Assembly: GCA_052426225.1 (NCBI GenBank)
Contig: JBNJNM010000008.1
Span: forward strand, 1,860,001 to 1,924,000
From: Zancudomyces culisetae HAW-14-8
Taxonomy: Eukaryota; Fungi; Kickxellomycota
Reading direction: 5' to 3'
Length of the DNA: 64,000 nucleotides
Shown: piece after piece, positions 12,876 to 25,189 of the stretch
Layout of the letters: every line of letters begins with the position of its first letter
How positions within the stretch are numbered: position 1 is the stretch's first letter
Program-made: the position numbers and the translations under genes
The notes under the pieces: model-generated
What the model saw: only the letters and a program-made list of their open reading frames with translations
What the model was told of the DNA's origin: nothing
Database searches by the model: none

Positions 12876-13693
12876 ATGAAGAATATATACAAGGAAGACA
12901 CTGTAGACATCCCTAAAGATGGTAAGTAGTTAGTGCCCACTTGTTTGATTCATTGTTAGGAACGACATATCTGTTTTACGCTTTTGAAGCGTACCTGCTT
13001 TGTAAACAAAGGCCAAGAGATTGAAAAGGGAAGGACTAATTGTATTTAATTTGACCTTTGATAGTTACTGTATCACTCAAGTCCCGTCAGGTCGTTGTCA
13101 AGGGCCCAAGAGGTGTTTTGACCCGCGATTTCAGAAACGTAAGTGTTGAAATCACACACCTCGGTAAGCAAAAGCTCAAGATCGTTGTCTGGCACGGAGG
13201 CCGCAAGCACTTGGCCTGCATCCGTACCGTCTGCACACACATCAACAACATGATCATTGGTGTCACAAAGGGTTTCGAGTACAAGATGCGTATGGTATAT
13301 GCTCACTTTCCCATCAACGTGGTTATTAACGACTCTAGCGATGCCGTCGAATTGAGAAACTTCCTTGGCGAGAAATACGTCCGAAACGTCAAACTTCTAG
13401 AAGGTGTAACTATCACCCAATCCACTAATGTAAAAGACGAGTTGGTATTGGTAGGAAACAGCATTGAAAATGTGTCCCAATCTGGTAAGTTTTTGCATTG
13501 TCTTTTGTTTATGTCTCTTTTTTGACATTGGTCTTTTACGCAGCTTTATTCTGTACAACTGACTAACCTAATATTCATGTTAATCTATATAGCCGCAAGC
13601 ATCACCCAAGCAGCACTTGTCCGCAACAAGGATATCCGTAAATTCCTTGATGGTGTATATGTCTCCGAAAAAGGAAACGTTGTTAAAGAATAA
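12876..13693 (+). CDS. RPL9: 60S ribosomal protein L9 (uL6); exons 12876-12921, 13065-13484, 13593-13693
   Basis: [41 protein letters not shown], terminal [18 protein letters not shown]. Confidence 0.97.
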
Positions 13694-14020
13694 TTTTTTC
13701 ATTTTTGGTTAAAATTTATTATGTTTTATAATAAAATATATTTTTACAGTAAAGTTTCTATGGGTTGCTTCTAATATTGTCTATCTGCTGCTATAATGGA
13801 TCTGCTATTGTTATTGATTCTCTCAAGTGTATAGGGGAGCAGAGAGGGAGTATGAGAGCACAACATCAACTTGTGCAACGAATGCCAAGTACTTTGTGAG
13901 TACATACCAGTTGTGCTGATCCAGCTGCTAAAATACGGCCATTGGGTGCTGTGTGTATCTCTTTTCTATTCTGCTCTTCTCCCTCCTAGGCCTTGGGCTA
14001 TATAGGTAGGTGTGTATACT

Positions 14021-14302
14021 TCAAGTCCTTTGCACGAAAATGTGCTTGCCAGCCTCCTGTAGTGCGCTTACATCCTCTTGTGAATACATTGGAAGTATGT
14101 GCTCTTCCTCTTCGATGCATCGACTGTAGATCTGACCAATATCCACGTACTCCGCTGCCTCCTCAGATCCGACATGGCCTATTGAGCTTTCAATACTTTG
14201 ACTCCTGCGCCTAGCTCTACCATTCCCCTTGTCGCCAAGTACGATGGCCAAAAAAATCAGTATTCCTAAAACACCGACTACAAACATAAAATTTTGGTCC
14301 AT
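14021..14302 (-). CDS. Small single-pass membrane protein with PY-like motif (3' structure uncertain)
   Basis: N-terminal TM (FMFVVGVLGILIFLAIVL), basic stop-transfer RARRR, LPMY; GTAAGC/GTATGT donors suggest possible further exons toward ~13771. Confidence 0.4.
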   Translation of the reverse strand: MDQNFMFVVGVLGILIFLAIVLGDKGNGRARRRSQSIESSIGHVGSEEAAEYVDIGQIYSRCIEEEEHILPMYSQEDVSALQEAGKHIFVQRT

Positions 14303-15626
14303 TTTGTGATTTCGTATATTTTGTATACATTTGGAGGTAAAAAAGGATAAGCCATTAGCCTTTCCGCTTTAAAGTTTTAATTTTTTGTAATACACCGAAC
14401 TTTATAGCACTATCGGATATTTGAAACCAAACACCTGCTGGATTAGCACACTGGTACCTTTACAATACCCCATTTTAAATACTTGGATAGAGTATAGCCA
14501 AATAAAAAATGTGTTTTTTTTTTCGGAGAGGGAAATCGCATGGCTCGGGATGGTACAGCTTTTGTTTACACATTTTATTTTGGAATATCCATCCCAAATA
14601 CACAACTCAAACCAAAAGTCCGCTATTCTTTAAAGATATTAATGTTTGCAAAGTGGGTAAGGGGGAAAGAGGTGTATTTCTAGTTTAAAATATTTGTTGT
14701 TTGGCAAACCCTACTCGTCACAGCTGATACTGTTAAAGCTATGTTTACAAATTTTTCTTGTCTCTTTATCAATCAATCCAAATTGCAACAAACAAATCCT
14801 ACCTGAACCAAGATCATAAACAAGTTTTGATATTAATTGCAGTAATTTTAGGAACAACCTATCACCAAACAGCACCCAGAACAAATACATGCTATTTGGA
14901 TTTAAACCTATTGTTTGTTGGACTTTACCCAGGCGTAGTTGATTGGGTGTATAATTTGCTCATAAAACGGTAGTAATTTAGAATGTTAATGAATAATCTC
15001 ATTTGTCCTTTGCTTTTATTTACCACATATTTATCTAATTCTTTTTTGTTTGCATTTGCAAGAAAAATAAGGCAAACGAAATTTAGTTTTGTTCATGCTT
15101 TATCAAATATTTCTTTTACTTTGCCCCGAAAGAGGCTATTTTAATTGTTGATATGCTCTTTACTACTCTTTACCATTCCCCGTCTGCTTGCAAGAACGGC
15201 AACGTCAGAAGGTACTGTGCTGGTACGCTTTTTTTTAACAGTGTATGCGATATCATGACCCTGAGTTTGGGTAATAAATTACCTTTACAAAGGATATTGG
15301 AGGACACTTGGGGAGGGGTATAAGACAGTGTCTTTTATTCAAATGATCATTTCCTATGAATTTTTATCTTTATCAACAAGAAGGACTGGTGTGGTGAATA
15401 GAGCCATGAGTCTAGCTTTTGGTATCTACGAGTTGCATCGATAATGTACACAATTTTGTCAGAAAAGGCCAAGATATCAATATCCATCTTTTCAAATCAA
15501 AAAAAAATCAGTTTCTTGATTTTGATCAATTTTTGAGTGCAACTATCTACATAATTATCAAGTCCATTTCATTGTGTATCTATTTCAAAGTAACTAGTAA
15601 TTTTTTGTTGTAAAAAATACCAAATC

Positions 15627-17419
15627 ATGAAATTTGCGCAGGGAACCAGGATTGTTTCTGGAATACAGCCCACTGGCATACCACACCTAGGTAACTACCT
15701 AGGGTCGATAAAAAATTGGGTAAAGATCCAGAACGAACTATTTCCACAAACACATGTCAGCGAAATTAAAAACAACATCAACACCGACGGTAGCAGCATA
15801 AATAGCAAAGAAAAGCCAAAATCCGAGGGAAAGAGCAACAAATTTTACTTTTTTTTGGCAGATTTACATGCATTAACAGGAAAAATAAACCCAGAACTGC
15901 TGTTTAAAAGCAGCATAGAAACGGCATCCTGTTTATTGGCTTGCGGAATTGATCCCAAGAAGAGTGTCCTATTTAATCACTCTGCTGTCCCAGCTCATTC
16001 AGAGCTAATGTGGATACTGAATTGCTATACTCAAGTTGGCTGGTTAAACAGAATGACACAGTGGAAGGTAAAGCTCTTTTTTTTCATTTCAAATTTAAAA
16101 GCCAACGCAAACAGTAGTAAATGTTTACTTGTGTGAAAAAAAGACGCACAAATTTGGTGATTAACGGAAGAGTATGCTATTTTCGGCTTTATATCCACTC
16201 TGCTTCAAATTTTATCAAAGCTAATCTTTTCCCTTTGGGCAAGATACTAATAATTGTGGTATAAATAGTCAAAACTACAGACACAAAACGGTGGTAAATT
16301 TGATACTAGCGAAGAAAGTATGGATCCGCTGGATTCTAAGCTAAACCTGGATCTGGGTCTGTATTCATATCCTGTTTTGATGGCAGCTGATATATTAATA
16401 TACGAGTAAGATGGTGTTATTTAAAAAATGCTATGAAATGATCAGAATATCTAAATATATTTTCACTCTTTTTCCTCTCCTCACACACATGTCTATACAG
16501 TATCCTCTTTTTTATCTTTTTTTTAAAGAAATGATAAAGTTTTGGGTCATAGTCACTGATACACCTGTATATTAGCTGAACGTGTGGGCTGAGGAAACCA
16601 AGAGTCTTTTTTTCATTATACTTTAATCGCGGGTCCTAGCTAAAATAAATATAGCCAACAAAAAAAATTTTGTTTTAACTAAACTGAAACGAAAACAAAA
16701 ACGAAAACTTAATAAATAGTGCAACGCATGTACCTGTCGGAGAGGACCAAGTACAGCATCTAGAACTAACTCGAGACATAGCACACCAAGTCAACAGAAA
16801 ACTAAAATATAAAGCGTTTGTGATCCCAGATAAAGTTTTAAGTAAGAACAATAATATTTACACTCCCGCTCCTCCCCCTTTTTCATGTATTTACATTTGA
16901 TTATATGTGCAACTTTTGCTAACAAAAATCTGAAACTGATACTTAGCACAAGCAAAAAGGATAATGTCGCTGAAAGATCCAAAGTCTAAAATGTCAAAGT
17001 CTGATAAAAATGTGCACTCCTCGATATTTTTAACCGACACACCGCAAGAGATAAGAAGCAAAATAATGAAAGCTACAACAGACTCTCATAAGGGAATATG
17101 GTTTGATCCGGTGGAAAGACCCGGAATTAGTAATCTCTTGCAAATATACAACGGCGTTTCGGAGGATTTATCTGGAGGGAGTGAGCATCCTGAAGGTGAA
17201 GTACCACCACAACTGAAAGGCGTCGAGACCAAGGAATTCAAGGAGATGGTGGCAGAAAGGGTTATTGCAAATATACTGCCAATCCAGGAACGACTCCGAG
17301 AATATTTGGCTGACCAAGAATCCATTCAAAAAATTCTGAGAAAGGGTGCAGAGGAGGCTAACTACCATGCAAATGAAAAAGTGAAGCAGATAAAGAAGCA
17401 GCTGGGACTTGTTTTGTAA
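15627..17419 (+). CDS. MSW1: Mitochondrial tryptophanyl-tRNA synthetase (exons 15627-16067, 16269-16405, 16720-16841, 16947-17419)
   Basis: SGIQPTGIPHLGNYLG (HIGH), ADLHALT, YPVLMAADIL, VPVGEDQVQHLE, KMSKS, RPGISNLL. Confidence 0.95.
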
Positions 17420-17887
17420 TAGAACGCATAATGTGTGCTTTCAAGTTTCTTATGTTTAATATTTTCACACTTACTATTTAAAAACGTTGTTTTAAAAATA
17501 GTCATCATACATAACAGCAGTTGCACTTTCAAATCAAGTTTGCCAACATTTAATCTTATTACGCCGATATGGTACTATTTTTGTGATATTTCCTCACCTA
17601 ATTTTTAAAATAAGGTTATATATACATATTTTGCTTTGAAAGCAGTTATTTGATTCTCAAGATCTTGAAGTCAATGTCAATTTGTGTGCCACCCGCTTTA
17701 TTAGGTAACCCGAAGCCTCAAATCAATAATTATTTTTTTTGAAAACCTTCTAAACACAATAGAATTAACATTGTGTATATGATTGTTGAACAATCATATT
17801 TTACTTTATAGGAGGTGGACCCAACTTACAGTATAAAAAAGAAGTAAAACCATCTAAACGTGTAAAAACTGGTAACCTTCAGATAAA

Positions 17888-18560
17888 ATGGATAACACTA
17901 CAAGTCAAGAGTTGGTTGAGCAATTACAAGCCCTCACAATGACTATGAGCAAACTGGATGAAGAAATAAAGAACTTTAGACCTGACCTGATCTACAAGCC
18001 ACATTCGTCGGTGAGGCCTCTCGTAAGAGAAGTAGAGGTGTTTGATTAGTTTATTGAACATATGCCATCCACAAAAAATGATTTCTACAGAAGCTATCTA
18101 CCTGACGAAGACAAGAGAGTTCTGCTTTATGAAAGCCACAAGTTCAAGAGAATGAACTACACTCATCCTCAAATAAACGAGACGTTTGGTCCTGCAATAA
18201 AGAAAACAGACAAAAATCTGTACAAAATACAGCAAATGTTAGCTCAATCTACCAGATATATTGATACCATGGCTTACGAAGTGGTTTTCAAGAAGGAAAA
18301 ATCTGCAGAAGGCATGGAGATTTGTTGGGCTTTGCAGACAACATGAGGAGAATTCAGGCCGATATCGTAACAACTATTACGCAGATGCGTAGAGAAAATG
18401 CACATAGTCGATTCAATACGGCAGCAAAGTTATCACCGCTGAAAGAGCCTACAAATAGACCGTTGTATTCGCAGAAATAAATCGACGAAATGGATAACAA
18501 GAAAGTGGTTCAGAGGCGGAAAAAGTCGTTTTTTCCCAGGCGTAAACGGTCTGGAGAATG
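17888..18560 (+). mobile_element. Degenerate gag-like ORF remnant of a probable DIRS/tyrosine-recombinase retrotransposon
   Basis: Intronless frame from ATG 17888 broken by TAG 18047 and a later frameshift/stops; P..DF.RS.L..E.K......MNY.HP.IN......KK.D..LY.IQ..LAQ.TR.ID recalls the multicopy gag-like proteins of Harpellales from memory; no RT/YR seen. Confidence 0.55.
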
Positions 18561-18850
18561 AAACAAGCTAGCGCACTAAAGTTCCAGGTGTTAGGATGGC
18601 ACAACCAGATATGGAGGTGGTCAACAGAAGCAACGGTTTAGCGTCACTCGGTGGTATAGCTTTAAATTAAATTGCTTAAAATTATTTAATTGCACAAGTA
18701 ATCATTTTTAATTTTACACTATTTTGCGAAATAAAGTGGTTTGAAGGCTTAATTAAATCTAACAGTTGAAAACTCAGGGTTTGATATTTAATAATTAATT
18801 TATAAAAGAATAACACAAACTGCCTTGGATATAAATACTGAAAGCATAAA

Positions 18851-19859
18851 ATGAAGGGATTGGCTTTTTCATTATCCGTACTGTTCCTCTCTCTATTTCT
18901 TGTAGCGATCAAGGTAAGAGTATAGCAACTAGCCGTCTCAACTTCTTTATAGTAAAATTATCAGTTTTATATAATCTGCCAGTCCAGCAAATCTATTGTA
19001 GCTAAAGAATATCATTGCACATAACAATAATCATATACAAACAATAATAAATAGGGACAAGAGATATTTGTCTACGAGAGAAAGAACAATCAGAATCCTG
19101 TAAAATTTGAAAAAGATGGAGTCATTCAATACAATCTGGAAACACAAACTGCTAGGTATATTTCTTTAGCTAAAGCTGGACAAAGTAATGTCAGCGACAG
19201 AGAGATTGAGATTGAAAATTCAAACTATGGTCTCAGCGAAGATGGAAATGGACTATATACTTTGATGCTTTTGAATGAACAACAGGGATACCGACAATTT
19301 ATTTCCATTCCAAAAGTATGTATTCCTTGATTGTTTATCTGTTTGTTTTTTTCTTCCTGCCCCCTTTTTTATACGTGTAGGAGACTAACGGTATGTGTCC
19401 TATACAAATTTTAGGATGTGCTTAAAGGGGAAAAGTTCTCAAGACATTTTAGCCTACATTTTGAAAGGGGTAAGGAAACCGTAATACGACAATTATACAA
19501 AAAGTGCATCTATTGATATGAATAAGAGATGTGGTTTGAATGGTCATACAACATACAAGAGTCATAGTTGGATAGTGTTTATAGGTATAACATCCAACTT
19601 TTGCTAATATAAAGACACAATAAACATAGAAAATCTCGTCCATGTCGACTTTAGCAGTCTATTTAAAGAAAAGGCTACAACAGAAGTAAAGATCAATGGC
19701 CCCAAGGAGGTGCCAAACCCGGTTCTAAAGAAGGCCGCTGTCATTGACGTGAAAACAGGGAAAGAAAAGGTGGAGGAAAAGAAAAGCTTCTTTGCAAAAT
19801 ACTGGTATGTTATATTGGCAGTAGTTTTGATAGTCCTACTTGTGCCTGGTGGGGAGTGA
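18851..19859 (+). CDS. EMC10: ER membrane protein complex subunit 10 (4 exons)
   Basis: Signal peptide MKGLAFSLSVLFLSLFLVAIK; C-terminal P.P.L....EEKKSFFAKYWYVILAVVLIVLLVPGGE*; frame kept over 3 GT-AG introns. Confidence 0.88.
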
Positions 19860-22711
19860 AGCGGGCGTGAACTTGCACAGTCCGGTATAGAGGTCGACAC
19901 CCATAGCACCAGCAGCAAGTCTACTCTTGAACACAGCGACCTTTAGACAATCTACATTGAAAGTTGCATGGTAGTTGGTGTGGATGGCTCTTCCCATTCC
20001 CTATTTATTTTGATTTATATTGTTAGTTTTATCCAAAATTTCAATCTTATTCCACTGTGTTAATATTATGGCTACTATCTTTTTTTTTGGTTTTTTTTTT
20101 GGCTTAGCACTGATCAGTTTGAAATATGATCCAAGCGTTAACATTATGAAAAGCTACAAGAACAACTTACCACAATGACAATAAAATCGGCATCAGAACA
20201 TCTATTCACTAGTCGCTCATCAAGCCTACTTAAATCGAGGCAGGGTCCTTGGCTGCCTGTGGGGCAAACCTGCAGGTTTCCATTTTCGATAGATTTTTGG
20301 AAAGTTGAGTCAAATTCAGCTATTTTCAAAACCAAATCTGTAAGCTCTGGACAGGTGATGTCATTGACAGAAGGGAGTGAGTTTGCGGCAAGGATAACCT
20401 TGGTGCCGCAGCGAAGAAGAAATCGAGCAAAGGGAATAACTCCAAGAACCAAGTCCGCACCAGCATTATCAACAAATATTACGGCCTGATTATACACTGC
20501 ATGGTCATAGCTGTCATTATCACCATGGGATGAAGATGATGAATGTGCAGCCAGTTTGTCAGCTAGTTTATCAGAATTGTTGAGCTTTTGGTTGTAGATT
20601 ATTTTTGATTTGGCGTTCTCAAAGCTCATGGCATGGTTTACCATTAGTGATGATATCTCTGTGGAGCCCCAGTCAAACATATTCCCTACAATCATTCTGT
20701 CTAACAGTGTCTTGACCAACTCACGTCTATCAGTAATTTGATCAAGCTGTGATAACAACCCTGGCAGTACTGCGATGGCATCATTTGTCTCTTTTTGTTT
20801 GATCTCAAAAAAAAGATCTCTGAATCCACATATTTGCAGACATTGTTCTTTAAGGTTTAAAATACTTCTAATTGTTAATTTGCCATAGGCTGCTGGCTCG
20901 TGAAGTAAAGTATCTAGCCTGCTGGAGAACAGGTTTTTGAATTCTAACAATCTATCGCTGGGTGAGATAGCCGGTGTAATCTCCTTTTTATCAGTAGCAC
21001 CGGCTTCTGTCTGTAGTGGAAGTTCTGGTACTGATGCTGATGCTGATGCTGACGCTGATTCTGATTCTGGTGCTACTATGTCGGAGCCTTCCTTTGGTTT
21101 GCTTGATCCATTCGTCGAAATCTTAAGCTTCCTGGATTCAGCCATCTCTACCAGATTAGATACATTTTCATTCATTGTATCTATTAGATATTCCCGTAGC
21201 TTCTTTTGACTTGTCAAATCCAACGTATCTGGCTGGTACGTGTGCGGTGTCGTCTGGTCAATCTTGACTTGATCTTTCACACTATCTCCACCCTTTGTCT
21301 TAGAAGAGAGTATTAGCTGTGGTAGAGGTACCAACTTTGAAGAAACCCTGTCCAAAATTCCAAAAACGCTTCCTTTTGGATGGTCTACCTTGTCCTTGCC
21401 TACATTCATCATCACTTCTTTTGCAACCACAAAATTCTCTGTAAACGACCCTCCTCGTCTAGAATGCGTGGGCTTGGAAGGCAGCAGTGATGGATCTGCC
21501 TTTATAAATGCGCCTACTGCTCCCAAAAATCCCTCGTGTCTTAAAAACAGTGCATTCATTGTTCCTTTTGACCAAAAGTTTATTGCATAGGATAGCGTGT
21601 GCATTGTTAATTTGTGCCCTCGTATAAAGTACCCTCCAAAATATATTCTTTTGATCCCATGCAATTGAGCATTTAAATACGCTATCTGGCCTATATTATT
21701 ACTCACCATATACAGCAAAGATGCAGCAATATCCTTTTTCTCGTATTTTTTGCTAAGGCCAGCTCTATAAACACCACCCATTGTCGAAGCTATTGCAGTG
21801 GCTTTCAGTCCTATTTTGTCATACCCTACTCCATAAATATCTCCAACCAGCATGTCTACATTTTTGTTATCACCAGTTTTACTAATTTCAAGTATTTCAT
21901 CAAATGAATGAGAACCACTGATTAAATGCATCAACCCCCAAAAAGTTCCTCCCCCTAGCGATGTTCCACTGATTCTCTCGTATTTATTTTGACCTGTAAC
22001 TTTTAAAATGCTAACTCCCGATCCAATATTTACCAGCATGTATGGAAACATATCTTCCTGGTTTATTTTTTCAAAGAGTGGCGGCTCGTTTTCTTTGTAT
22101 ATAAACACCTCGTCAGATACCTCTTGAATAAAAAAGTTTAGCCCCCCTATCAAACACTCCATTTCGTCCTCGATCTGTATAAAAACCCCCAGCTTCTCTT
22201 CTAGCTTTTGGCGGAATAGATGCGCTCCTCCTCCGGTAGCCCTGATAATCGTTTTTCCTTTACTTTTATCAGACTTATTCTGCAAAACACTATTGTTTCC
22301 AAGGCTGAATCCGGTTTCATCTCTTCCCTCTCCAATGTCCGAATTGTACATTTCCGGGCTGCTATTTCCCAGTACACTCTTGCGCCTTTCCCTAATTTGT
22401 TTCTCTAGTAAAACTGCATCGGCCTCACCTTGTACTGGTTCTGACTTTTTTTCGCTTTTTGAAATCAGCTTTGCAATAAATTCTATACATTCATCGATTT
22501 TATCCGTTTCAAATATTTCAAAATGCAACCTTCCTCCTCGAGAACCTTTATTTGTCTTGAAATAGACAAGTTTTATTAGCGACCCGCCGATATCCACTGC
22601 TAAATGTGACACATGCCCATTTTGATTTGGTATTACTATGTTTGAAATCGATCTATTTGGGTCTACTTCGGTTGTTGCGCCCGTTAAATTTATCGCTCCA
22701 GTCTCTACCAT
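19836..22711 (-). CDS. Pantothenate kinase fused to DUF89/ARMT1-like phosphatase (PANK4-like); exons 22711-20171 and 20000-19836
   Basis: AVDIGGSLIK, ATGGGA, EDEMECL, LVNIGSGVSI, ERISGTSLGGGTFWGL, RHEGFLGAVGA; then GNMFDWG, FVDNAGAD, SVNDIT; GTAAGT donor, CTAAC branch point and TAG acceptor give last exon GMGRAIHTNY...TRHK*. Confidence 0.93.
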
Positions 22712-25189
22712 TTTCTAATTTCGTTTCTTTATCCCTTTACCTCACTTTATTATCTTGACTATTACTAATTTTTTCACAAATGTACTCTAAGCAGAGGATT
22801 AGATGTACATATGGCAGTTAAAAGCTCGAACACCCTGTTGTGTATTTTTATAGCAGAAATGGATAAAGCTAAAACGGCAAATATCTGCAAGTTTAGATGT
22901 ATCGCAACGGGGTTTCCTTTAGAGTCTAGTTAGCCTCGTTTTTTTTTTGCCAGACCACTTTCTGGCTCTTTAATACTAAATCTCCAACTGTCTGGGATTG
23001 GCTTTAAATTTGCACTTGATGGAATTTACAAAAAAGCAATATCTAGCAAACCAACTGATGGTTTTCCCTGAATTTTTCTACTGATCACTTATTGTGCTGG
23101 GTTGTGTAATAAATACCCCCCCAAATAGTTTCACCAAATAGGCTATAGCTGGTAATTCTTGTTGTTAATAATGTTAATCTCTGCAGAACAGACCAAACAA
23201 AGTGTTTCGCTTTACAAAAAAAAAATACCCCTGAGTATGTAATCAACCCACTTTCGCCCTATAAAAATTTTTTTTCATCACCTTTTGCATGAAAATCAAA
23301 GCTTTTTATACCTTTTTTCTTTGATAGGGCGCTTTAATATATGCCCCATATAAACTTGGATGGTAGAGAGATCCAACAATGTTAAAGTGGATGGTAACAT
23401 GTGAAACCGGGAGTTAGTCTACGTTCCCTCGTGCACACCAAGTGCTTAATGCCTTTTTTATTATTTTGTGTCCTTTCGGGATGGTAGCGAAGTCCGAGCT
23501 AGTCAGAAAGCAGCGCTAAAGTGGTGGAAAAGGCGCTCATACTAGACGGCATCGCGTATATGTAGAATATGAAAGATTCCTATTTCCTCCGTCCCTTTGC
23601 ATACAACTCAACTCTACTGACATTTTCATCTTCATCTTGCCCCTTTTCATGCTTTCAGCTGGCCATTGCTGATCCGCACAGCCTTTTTCATGGAAAATAC
23701 GCATGTATTTGAAACCACTTTATTCATTTATCGACGTGATCTTATTTGCTGAAAATAAACGAAAAAGTTAACCAAAATATCGCTCCTTCTAGTCCTTCTG
23801 GCGGCTTTACCACTTAATATCTGCGATAAACAATGGGCTCATGAAAATACCAACCTTTTTCTCTTTGCCTTTTTTTCTCGGACGTTTTTGTATTTTTTGA
23901 CTACTAGGTTTGAGAGAAGAAACACCCAGTTTTAGATAAAATATATTAGACATTTTGGTAAATTCGGTTCATTACAATTATGAATAAATTGATAACTTTT
24001 TCTGGTACTAACCACAGAGTACTGATATAGTATTAGGGGAAAAAAAAGCCGGTTTGTGAATATCCTGCACTAAAACACAGTATATTTGCTGGATCAGGAT
24101 TATTCCAAACAACACTGTTTGAGCGGGATGGGCTTGGTGTAGTGTGAATCGAAACACCTTTTTGGTTAATGTTTTGCATTTAATATACAAGAAACTGTTT
24201 TTTTCATGTAACAGTATTTCGTAATATATAGGAGCACATCCTAAAAAAGTAACAAAACGGTCAGAAAAAAAATCCTAACAAGGTTATTTTTCGTACTTGC
24301 ATTATTTCCATTCACATGAAAGTGAAACCCTGTAAAGACTGGATGCATTGTGATATATCTTGTAAATCGTATCAAGACGATTGTGTTTTGCCTAAAGCCC
24401 GACCTTGGTGCTTGTGTCTGTACCATGTGCTTCGTATTGTACTTGCTAGCATCTTGTATTGTGATCACAAAACAAAGTTACTGTAAACCGAGTTGGATGA
24501 ATGAAATTGTGTTATGGCCGAACTTACCTATATTGCATTCGCCACAACTAAGCCTATACCTTCTTCTATCCTCCACTTCTGTTTACATACCCCCGACCCT
24601 CTGCGAATGTTATCAACCTCTGATCAGAAATACCTACCTACCTACCTCTGCATATGTCTGCATATGTATACTGTTTATATATCACTCTGCAATCAAGACT
24701 ATACCAGTCATGTGCTTAATATTTCTAGTCTGCCATTTCAAAGCCTCTAAAAGGAGAATGCAAATAATCTGTGCATTTTTTTCTTGGTTTTGCGGAATGA
24801 TCGCAAATATAATCACGTGTATTTCTAAATACTGGTTGGATTTTTAGTGCTACATGGTTCGTTGGGGATTATGAGTTCTCAAACCAACATCACCCACTAA
24901 AATGCAGCGACTGTGGAAAAAGTGTCTTTAATTAATACATATTTACCCAAGCTTGCATAAAAAAAATAACAAAAAATACTCATATTTGTCCAGGAATTGG
25001 TTTATTGAAACTCGAATTCTTGCCTAAATGCTTTAAAATAAGCGTTTTTTTAATTTTTTAATTTTTTAATTTTTTAATTCTTTTTTTTGCAAAGAACATA
25101 GGTAAAGCAGACAGGTAAATTAAAATTCGAGTCACGATACTTTGTAATAAGGACATAAGACATCACAATATACAAAAACACGGCTAACA

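Noticed and set aside
15321-15360. U3 snoRNA box A-like GATCATTTC
   Set aside because: Wrong spacing, and no boxes A', B, C or D follow
23487-23620. RNase P/MRP RNA (GCGAAGTCCGAG resembles CR-I)
   Set aside because: No complementary CR-V strand able to form P4 was found downstream
24350-24847. 165-aa plus-strand ORF
   Set aside because: Non-ATG start, atypical Cys/Ile/Leu composition, no family motifs
22712-25189. Telomerase RNA in the long intergenic gap
   Set aside because: No CTAACCCTAA-like template or P6.1-type element seen; the telomere repeat is unknown, so the idea is unsupported
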